This document shows positions 57,096-64,000 of a DNA stretch of 64,000 bases, piece after piece. Position 1 is the first letter of the stretch, and each line of letters begins with the position of its first letter. Position numbers and translations under genes: made by a program. The stretch covers positions 2,464,001 to 2,528,000 of the forward strand of contig OZ245742.1 of NCBI GenBank assembly GCA_965227295.1, read 5' to 3'. Origin of the DNA: Leptonemataceae bacterium. Its GTDB lineage: Bacteria > Spirochaetota > Leptospiria > Leptospirales > Leptonemataceae. The notes beneath the pieces were generated by a model. It was not told the origin of the DNA. It ran no database searches and worked only from the letters and a program-made list of their open reading frames with translations.

Positions 57096-57438
57096 ATGGC
57101 GAGAAGAAGTTACAAGCCACGCAGTCTGTGGCGACCGAAGACGGCGACGAACGAGAAGGTATATAAGGTCCGGCGCCCGCTGAAGCCAGGCGCGGGTCGC
57201 CGCCGAGATTCGTAATCTGCGGTCTCTCGGCGACCAATTGAACGCGGAGTTGCGCAAGCGCGGTCGCGCGGGAACGCAAACGAACATTGCGAAAGATGCG
57301 TTCGCGAAAGGTGCAACGGACGATGCGTCGGCGCAGCGCGAGTGCGCCGTGCAAGAAGATGCACCCGGCAACGCGGCGCCGGAAAAAGATGCGCGGGACG
57401 GCACCGAAAGCGAAGAAGATCGATGGATGTCGATCTGA
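57096..57438 (+). pseudogene. RWRSI-tail paralog 5, internally deleted
   Basis: MARRSYKP.. start stops early; a second frame gives LGDQLNAELRKR...SEEDRWMSI*; TM and core domains absent. Confidence 0.65.
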
Positions 57439-57488
57439 ACGAAATAATCTCCGGCGAGCACTAACCGGCACGCCGGAGATGTTAGTGC

Positions 57489-57728
57489 TTAATCCGGATA
57501 CTTCGCGAAGGTATTCGGGCAAATCTTCTTGATGCCGGCGTCATCTTCGGTTTCGATGATTTCCACCAGCTTGTTCTGAAAATCTTCGTCTTCGATGTCG
57601 ATGCCGTTTTCGTAGGCTTCGGTAAGGCATTCTTCCAGGATCTGTTCGCCGTCTTCTTCGGCGAAGGCCGGCACCGCAAAAGCAACGGTCAGCAAGGCCG
57701 TAAGCAGAGCGAGGATCAACTTTTTCAT
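57489..57728 (-). CDS. small secreted acidic protein
   Basis: RBS AAGGAG, signal peptide ending AFA, two Cys. Confidence 0.75.
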   Translation of the reverse strand: MKKLILALLTALLTVAFAVPAFAEEDGEQILEECLTEAYENGIDIEDEDFQNKLVEIIETEDDAGIKKICPNTFAKYPD

Positions 57729-57886
57729 GGATGTACTCCTTGGAGTGTCAGGGGATATTCCGGAGAACCGGTCGACGGCGCGTGGCCGTCAGGGATTCGA
57801 CGGATGCGCCGAGAGTCCGATCGTACGAAAAACGCGGCAAGGCAAAAAATTTGCAGCGGCCCGAACATCTTACTGACCACGATTGC

Positions 57887-57917
57887 TTGACAGCTTTCCC
57901 GCGCACGGAGGCATACT
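57887..57917 (+). promoter_or_regulatory. possible sigma70-type promoter with long spacer
   Basis: TTGACA-N19-CATACT upstream of the tRNA-like element; imperfect palindrome overlapping the -35. Confidence 0.35.
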
Positions 57918-57989
57918 GCCCTGCTTCGTCCCGGGGTCAGGATGTTGCCGTCCGGCGGTGCCCGAGCCTGAGATCGGCGAGGGTATTTC

Positions 57990-58092
57990 GGCGAAGCGCA
58001 AAAAAATCTGGAGGTCAGTGGTTCGAATCCACTACGGGGCGCCAATCAGTCCCGTTAGCTCAGCCGGTTAGAGCGCCCGACTGTAACTCGGT
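57990..58092 (+). ncRNA. circularly permuted tRNA-like RNA, YrlA-type Y RNA candidate
   Basis: T arm AGTGG-TTCGAAT-CCACT, then ACGGGGC-GCCA-ATCA-GTCCCGT acceptor hairpin, then D arm GCTC-AGCCGGTTA-GAGC; GGCGAAG at 57990; exact ends uncertain. Confidence 0.7.
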
Positions 58093-58374
58093 AAGGCCCG
58101 CAGGAGCCTATCCTGCACCCCCGGAGGCGCGGGACGTCTCAGCGCCGGGAACGGAACGCGGGCTGCGGCCTGCGGGAAATTCCCGGCGCACCGGAACATC
58201 GGCCAGCAGGTCGCGGATACCGATCCGTGCCGCCGCTTCGCAACCGCGCGCCGCCCGTATTCGGTCGGTGCAAGGTCCCGAGGCAGCGTGCGCGCATCTC
58301 AAGCAGACCTCCGCCGTTGCGAAGGGAGGCGTTCCGCGTCTTCATTTTCGTAACTTTTTTTGAGAAGTAGTTAG

Positions 58375-59487
58375 ATGATTCACATTAAGAAACATGAACG
58401 TGGATTGATGTATCGCCACGGAGATTTCGTGCGCTTGATCAGCAAACCAGGGCCGGTGCGGGTCTGGAGTTTCGCCGGCTATCATCTTGAAATCCTGAGC
58501 GCCGGTGCTCCCTTTACCCCGGACCACGACGCGGGTCTTTATCTCGAGGACCCCGACTTCGCCGCCGCGACGGACGTCTTCGACGTCGCCGATCACGAGC
58601 GCGGTTTGCACTACGTGGACGGTCACTTAAAAGAACTGCTGCATCCCGGCCGTTACATCTACTTCAAGTCCCACGTGCGTCGAGAGGTCCGCAAGTTCGA
58701 CGTGCGGTTGCCCGAAATTCCCGCGGACGTCGTGCCGGCGCTGCTCCGATTGCCGCAGTGGAATCTTTTCATGAGCCGTGAACAGGTACAGAAACACGAG
58801 GCGGGTCTGCTTTTTTTTAACGGCGTGTTGCAGCGGACCCTCGAAGCCGGCGCATACTACTTCTGGCAGGGCCCCATGAACGTCCAGGTGCAACGCGTGG
58901 ACCTTCGCCGCCGGCAGATCGATATGGCCGGCCAGGACATCATGACGGACGACAAGATCACGCTGCGGCTGAACTTCGTGTTCCAGTACAGAATCGTCGA
59001 TCCCGTGAAGGTCGGCACGGGCATCGAAGATTTTGCGAATCAACTCTACGTTTTGTTGCAATTGATCTTAAGGGAGTACGTCGGAACGTTAAAGCTCGAT
59101 GAGCTGTTGCAGAAAAAAGAAGAAGTGGATCAGTACGTCCTGGGCAAGCTCAAAGCAAAGGCCGACGAATACGGCGTGGAGTTCCTGTACGCCGGCGTGA
59201 AGGACGTCATCCTGCCCGGCGAAATCAAGGACATCCTCAATCTGGTGCTGACCGCGGAGAAGCAGGCCCAGGCGAGCATCGTCACTCGCCGCGAAGAAAC
59301 CGCGTCCACGCGCAGTTTGTTGAACACGGCGAAGCTCATGGACGAGAACCCCACGTTGTATCGCTTAAAAGAGCTTGAGTATCTTGAACGCATCAGCGCC
59401 AGGGTGGATAGCATTTCGGTGATGGGCGGCGGATCGGTGTTGGAACATTTGAACGCGGCGTTGTTGCGCGAACGCGGGAAAGAGTAG
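58375..59487 (+). CDS. slipin family SPFH/band 7 protein
   Basis: Repeated ERGL/EAGL units, GQDIMTDDKITLRLN, VKDVILPGEIK, RREETASTRSLLNTAKLM.ENP. Confidence 0.92.
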   Translation: MIHIKKHERGLMYRHGDFVRLISKPGPVRVWSFAGYHLEILSAGAPFTPDHDAGLYLEDPDFAAATDVFDVADHERGLHYVDGHLKELLHPGRYIYFKSHVRREVRKFDVRLPEIPADVVPALLRLPQWNLFMSREQVQKHEAGLLFFNGVLQRTLEAGAYYFWQGPMNVQVQRVDLRRRQIDMAGQDIMTDDKITLRLNFVFQYRIVDPVKVGTGIEDFANQLYVLLQLILREYVGTLKLDELLQKKEEVDQYVLGKLKAKADEYGVEFLYAGVKDVILPGEIKDILNLVLTAEKQAQASIVTRREETASTRSLLNTAKLMDENPTLYRLKELEYLERISARVDSISVMGGGSVLEHLNAALLRERGKE

Positions 59488-59510
59488 GGGCGATCGGCAG
59501 GCGGCGAAAT

Positions 59511-60242
59511 TCAAGATGCTTTCGAGTGGGAATCGGACAGGACGGTCAGCCCGGGCATTGCGTTGTGTTCGCGACCCTGCAAGAGCCGCCCGTTTTTTTT
59601 CTTATTCGTGCCGCCCCATTGTTTGAAGAAAAAGGGTACGCCCTGTTTTTTGCACAGATCCCGCACTTCAATCACCCAATCTGTTTGCATCAGTCGCGCC
59701 CGTCTACCTGACTCGCCGCCGACGATCACCCAATCGATTCCGCTCAGGTTCATGCCGCGAACACTGGAGAGGAGGGGCTCCACGGATAAGAATTTCACCC
59801 GGGCCGGAACCCGGCGTAGATCGTCGATACGTTGATAGACTTGCGCGTTTTCGATCGAAACCCCCATCCAGATATTCGGCGACCAGTTGAGATGCGAACT
59901 CAGTTGCGCTAATCTTTGGGAACGCTTTGTTAGTATTTGAAATGTGTGGTGCGGACATCGGCGCATCACGTCGAAAACTCGCTGAATAAAGGATTCCGGA
60001 ACGTCGTCATGGAAGAGGTCGCTCATTGAGTTGACGAAATAGATCGTCGGCTTCCGGCGCCTCAGGGGAATTGCCAGGCGATGCTCATGTATTTTAACCT
60101 CGTTGAATTGCCCCCATTGCGTTTCGAAGCGCCGGGTGAGGGCTTCGGCATAGCAGTATTTGCAGCCGGAGCTGACTTTGGTGCAACCGGTTGTCGGATT
60201 CCAGGTTGCTTCGGTCCATTCAATGGAAGATTGTACGGCCAT
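59511..60242 (-). CDS. DUF5131 (phage Gp37/Gp68-like, three-Cys motif) protein
   Basis: [53 protein letters not shown]. Confidence 0.93.
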   Translation of the reverse strand: MAVQSSIEWTEATWNPTTGCTKVSSGCKYCYAEALTRRFETQWGQFNEVKIHEHRLAIPLRRRKPTIYFVNSMSDLFHDDVPESFIQRVFDVMRRCPHHTFQILTKRSQRLAQLSSHLNWSPNIWMGVSIENAQVYQRIDDLRRVPARVKFLSVEPLLSSVRGMNLSGIDWVIVGGESGRRARLMQTDWVIEVRDLCKKQGVPFFFKQWGGTNKKKNGRLLQGREHNAMPGLTVLSDSHSKAS

Positions 60243-60244
60243 GT

Positions 60245-61075
60245 TCAGTCTCTATACCTGTCGAAGATTTCGGACACGATTTTGGCGCCTGTTGCATTCG
60301 GTGATGCGAAAAGGACGTAGTACACTACGGCCCCGCGGGAATTTTTCATCGGCAACGGGTCTGCGACGTATTGGAACCCTGCAACGTTTTTGAGGCGCTG
60401 GCGAAACCCTTCGGCGATAGTTTCATTGTCGGTTTTTTCGGAGACAGGCCCGAAGAGATCTTGTTGAACATTGTAGGCAATGGATCTCCATGATTCATCT
60501 CCCCAAAAGCGGTTCATACGCTCGACATTTGCTGCGGAAACGGAATCCTGATTCTTTCGGAAGACGTTGCGGTTCATATCCATAATCGGGAAGTTCAAAA
60601 AGATCTCAATACGGCCACTCAGTCCCGCGGTTTGGAGGATTTGCCAGTCCAATTGTAAGCCGTAAGGGTCCAGAATACACAGGCAGCGCATGTAGCGGTC
60701 CCTCAGTAACTGCGGAAAAACCTGTTTCAAGAGGATATCGTTGCAGTCGCCCTCATAATACCTGGCGTCCGGGTGATCGCCGGCCTTTTGACGAAGGTGT
60801 TGAATCTTGGCGGAATTCATATCAATGAAATGATATCCGCGAAACGGTGGCCGGGTGCGCAAAGCGATAATCGGGCTGCCTTCGATTGGCCTGCGGCCTT
60901 CTTTTGATAGGTGCAGTCCGGCCCCCGAAAAAGCGTCCACATAGTGATGACGAAAGTATCCCTGTGCGCTCAAGATTCTGGAATAAGCGGAGGCATACTT
61001 GCGGATGACCTCAAGTTTTATTTCAGACCACGGTCCGATTTCGTCCGGATCGAACTGTAATTCCTCGTCTGACAT
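60245..61075 (-). CDS. tcmP: three-Cys-motif partner protein TcmP (methyltransferase-like)
   Basis: [31 protein letters not shown]; directly upstream of DUF5131. Confidence 0.88.
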   Translation of the reverse strand: MSDEELQFDPDEIGPWSEIKLEVIRKYASAYSRILSAQGYFRHHYVDAFSGAGLHLSKEGRRPIEGSPIIALRTRPPFRGYHFIDMNSAKIQHLRQKAGDHPDARYYEGDCNDILLKQVFPQLLRDRYMRCLCILDPYGLQLDWQILQTAGLSGRIEIFLNFPIMDMNRNVFRKNQDSVSAANVERMNRFWGDESWRSIAYNVQQDLFGPVSEKTDNETIAEGFRQRLKNVAGFQYVADPLPMKNSRGAVVYYVLFASPNATGAKIVSEIFDRYRD

Positions 61076-61272
61076 CACCGATCCCCCTTTTGATCGGCAG
61101 TATACCAGAGGGGTGTGACATTTTTTGATTCGAGGCGCAGACATTCTCAACCGGCTTCCCCCCGCCAATCGCACCGCTGCTCATTTCCCGTGACCTTCCC
61201 GATACCCCCGCGTCTCAAGTTTCGCGTGACGTACCCACCCCACCTTCTTAACCTGGATTCGGACATCCCTGC

Positions 61273-64000
61273 ATGAAAAACGCCATCTCCTATTTTGTCC
61301 GGAATCCGCTCTTTGCCTGGCTGGCCATCACCTTTCTGTTCCTCGCGGGCGGTCTGGCCGTCGTTTCCATGCGCAGCGCCGCGTTCCCCGACGTGGATTT
61401 CCAGCAGGCGAAGATTACCACCGTCTTCCCCGGCGCGCCACCGGCGGACGTCGAACAACTCGTCACCATACCAATAGAAGAAAAGATCAAAGAAGTCGAC
61501 GGACTGGAAGAGGTGCAGTCCGTTTCGCGGCAGTCCGTGAGCGAGATCACGGTCAAAGTCGATCTGGAAGAGGATGATCCGGCCGAGGTCCTGGAAGAGG
61601 TTCGCCGCGCCATAGATCAGGTGAACGATCTGCCGGCGCAGGTTACGGATCGGCCGCTCTTCGAAGAGCGCAAGTCCGGCAGTTTTCCGATCCTGGAGTT
61701 CGCGGTCTACGGCGACGTCAGCGAAATCGAACTCTATGAATCGGCGAAACTCCTCGAACGCGAACTGGAAAAGGTCGAGGGCGTGGCCCGGGTGGATCTC
61801 TTCGGCTCCCGGGATCGCGAATGGCACGTCCTCGTAAACCCGGACGCCCTGGAACGCAACTTCCTCTCGCTCTCGGAAGTGAATCGATCGATTGCCATGC
61901 GCAACGTCAACATCCCCGGCGGCACCCTGGCCCGGGGCAAGGCCCGAAACATTCGCACCACCGGCGAGTTCGAAAACGCCGACGAAATCCTGTCTTTGCC
62001 CGTTCGTTCCAACGACATCGGCGGAATGATTCGCGTGCGCAGTTTCGCCACCGTGAGCGATACCTTCGAACGCCCGGAGTTCCTCGCGTCCGTTGAAGGC
62101 AAACCCGCGATCAACCTGCTGGTCCTCAAGAAAGTCAAGGCGGACATCCTGCGCACGGCGGCGCGGGTGAACACGGCCATCGAAGCGGCCGAGGGCAAAG
62201 CGGCCGCGAACGGAGCAGAGGCCGTCGAGGGTTATCTGCCGGATGCCGTGAGTACGCTCATCATCAACGACGAGTCGAAGCGCACGGCCCACCGCCTGGA
62301 CGTGGTGCAATCCAACGCGCTGTTGGGTTTCGCGTTGGTCGTGTTGATCCTCATGGCCTTCTTAACCGTCCGCGATGCAGTGTTAACGTCCCTGTCTCTG
62401 CCGTTTACGCTGCTCGGCACTCTGTTCGTCTTTCCGGCCTACGACATCACCTTCAACCTGGTGTCCATGCTCGGCATCATCATTTCGTTGGGCATGCTGG
62501 TGGACAACAGCATTGTAATTTCGGAAAACATCTATCGCTATCGTGAAGAGGGGCTCGATCCCGAGGAGGCCTCGGCCCGGGGCGCCTCGGAACTCGTGGT
62601 CCCCATCATCGGCACGTACCTCACGACCATTGCCGCCTTCGCTCCCATGCTCGTCATGTCCGGGCTCATGGGCAAATTCGTGTGGCAGATCCCCTTCGTG
62701 GTCATCTGCACGCTCAGCGTAAGTTTGATTGAATCGTTCTTTCTGTTGCCGGCCCGGGTGGCGCGCTTCGGCAAATCGCTGCAAACGGACGCACAGCCGC
62801 GCAGGCACGTCATTCGCAACGCCTTCGATACCGGCTTCACTGCGATTCGAAACGGCTTTGAATGGTTCGTCGCGTTGATGGTGCGTCGGCGTTACATCTC
62901 TTTCGGCGGCATCATCGGTCTTCTGATTCTCGCGATCTTTTTACAAACGCAGATGAAGTTCAACCTGTTCCCTCGTGAGGGCGTGGAAGCCTTCATCGTC
63001 AAGGTGGAGTTCGAGCCCGGCGTGCGAGTCCAGGATACCATGCAACGCATGGAGTACGTCGAAAATCTCATTCGGCGGATTCCCGACGACGAGCTGGAAA
63101 GCTACACGGTGAAGGCCGGCATTCAGCAGCAGGATTCTCAGGACATATTAACTCGCGTCGGCGAGCACTTAGGCATGGTGCAGGTGTTTCTCACGCCGGA
63201 GTTGCAACGGGATCGCCTGGCCAAAGACATCATCGCGGGCTTCGAGGACGAGCTGAATCAAATCCCCGACGCCGTAAACGTTTTCGTCGAAGAGGTGGTG
63301 CCGTCGCCGCCCATCGGCGCGGCGGTGACCCTGGCAGTGGAGGGCGACGACTACGATACGCTCCAGAAGATCGCCGACGACGTTAAGGCCTTTTTGCGTA
63401 ACGATCTGGACGGGGTGCGGAACATCGCCGACGACTACAACCCCGGCCGCGAAGAGTACGTCATCCGCCTGGATGAAGGCGTGGCCGCCCGGGCCGGCGT
63501 GGATACACTCCAGGCCGCGCAGTTGATCCGCACGGCCTACGAGGGCAACGAGGTCGCCACCATTCGCCGGGGCACGGACGAAATCACCATCCGGGTCCTC
63601 TACGACGACGCCCATCGCGGCGACGTGGACGCCCTGGGCGCCGTCCGCCTGGTGAACCGCAGCGGCCTGCATACGGAGCTGCGCACCATTTCCCGTACCG
63701 AGGTCCGGACCGGGCCGGAGTCTTTGCGGCACTTCGACTTCGAGCGCGCGGTCACCGTCACGGCGGACGTGGACGATGCTAAAATTACATCGGTAGAAGC
63801 TAACGCGGCAGTCTTTGAGAAGTTCGCGAACATCTCCACGGAATATCCCGGCTACGCCATTCGTTTTCGCGGCGAGCAGAAGAGCACCGAAAAGAGCATG
63901 GCCAGTCTCGCCCGGGCCGGCGTGGTCGCCTTCTTCGCGATCTATGCCATTCTGGCCGTCATCTTCAAGAGCGCCCTCAAGCCGCTCATCATTTCGCTCA
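61273..64000 (+). CDS. RND efflux transporter permease (AcrB/AcrD/AcrF family), 3' partial
   Basis: Open frame from ATG 61273: FPDVD..PGAPPADVEQLVT.PIEE..GMLVDNSIVISENI; runs off the window end. Confidence 0.92.
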   Translation, partial: MKNAISYFVRNPLFAWLAITFLFLAGGLAVVSMRSAAFPDVDFQQAKITTVFPGAPPADVEQLVTIPIEEKIKEVDGLEEVQSVSRQSVSEITVKVDLEEDDPAEVLEEVRRAIDQVNDLPAQVTDRPLFEERKSGSFPILEFAVYGDVSEIELYESAKLLERELEKVEGVARVDLFGSRDREWHVLVNPDALERNFLSLSEVNRSIAMRNVNIPGGTLARGKARNIRTTGEFENADEILSLPVRSNDIGGMIRVRSFATVSDTFERPEFLASVEGKPAINLLVLKKVKADILRTAARVNTAIEAAEGKAAANGAEAVEGYLPDAVSTLIINDESKRTAHRLDVVQSNALLGFALVVLILMAFLTVRDAVLTSLSLPFTLLGTLFVFPAYDITFNLVSMLGIIISLGMLVDNSIVISENIYRYREEGLDPEEASARGASELVVPIIGTYLTTIAAFAPMLVMSGLMGKFVWQIPFVVICTLSVSLIESFFLLPARVARFGKSLQTDAQPRRHVIRNAFDTGFTAIRNGFEWFVALMVRRRYISFGGIIGLLILAIFLQTQMKFNLFPREGVEAFIVKVEFEPGVRVQDTMQRMEYVENLIRRIPDDELESYTVKAGIQQQDSQDILTRVGEHLGMVQVFLTPELQRDRLAKDIIAGFEDELNQIPDAVNVFVEEVVPSPPIGAAVTLAVEGDDYDTLQKIADDVKAFLRNDLDGVRNIADDYNPGREEYVIRLDEGVAARAGVDTLQAAQLIRTAYEGNEVATIRRGTDEITIRVLYDDAHRGDVDALGAVRLVNRSGLHTELRTISRTEVRTGPESLRHFDFERAVTVTADVDDAKITSVEANAAVFEKFANISTEYPGYAIRFRGEQKSTEKSMASLARAGVVAFFAIYAILAVIFKSALKPLIISL

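Noticed and set aside
54902..57438. CRISPR or integron-like array from the recurring CGCTGGCGGTCGATCTAA 18-mer
   Set aside because: The repeats are in-frame gene ends about 350-740 bp apart, vary at synonymous sites, are not palindromic, and no cas or integrase gene is present
58049..58136. Ordinary tRNA-Tyr(GTA) gene
   Set aside because: The linear reading lacks a TTC T-loop and CCA and has a 12-nt insertion before the acceptor strand; the canonical T arm lies upstream, so it is reported as a permuted tRNA-like RNA instead
61147..62310. 387-aa minus-strand ORF and neighbouring minus ORFs to 63839
   Set aside because: Antisense to the RND permease, which the ORF track misses because it has no stop in the window

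Overview
GC-rich chromosomal window, most likely from a Leptospirales/Leptospiraceae-type spirochete. This assignment is inferred from two tandem FlaB flagellins, a bactofilin, an MBOAT+DUF1574-like pair and a 7TM adenylate cyclase. About 55 CDS can be supported. 0.3-10 kb holds a minus-strand array of five DUF4157 ('eCIS core', HELxH) proteins with unrelated C-terminal cargoes: VWA, an 8-Cys peptide, a colicin M-like lipid II hydrolase, a decayed second HExxH domain and a lower-GC helical domain. An intact IS481 with a 7-bp target duplication interrupts the array, and a SUKH-TPR-LRR gene lies upstream of it. The middle is mostly housekeeping or accessory: flaB x2, an ECF sigma pseudogene with YciI, vapBC, a CarF/PEDS1-type desaturase, gmhA, ROK, thiG/thiH, lipase, P450, PlsC, APP1 and HDAC, plus several MITE/REPIN-like palindromes. 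54-61 kb holds a tandem array of five paralogous membrane proteins that all end in RW(R/M)SI. After it come a circularly permuted tRNA-like (YrlA Y RNA-like) element upstream of a slipin/SPFH gene with no Ro60/RtcB gene in the window, a TcmP-DUF5131 pair, and the start of an RND permease. All family assignments come from motif recognition by eye; no searches were run.
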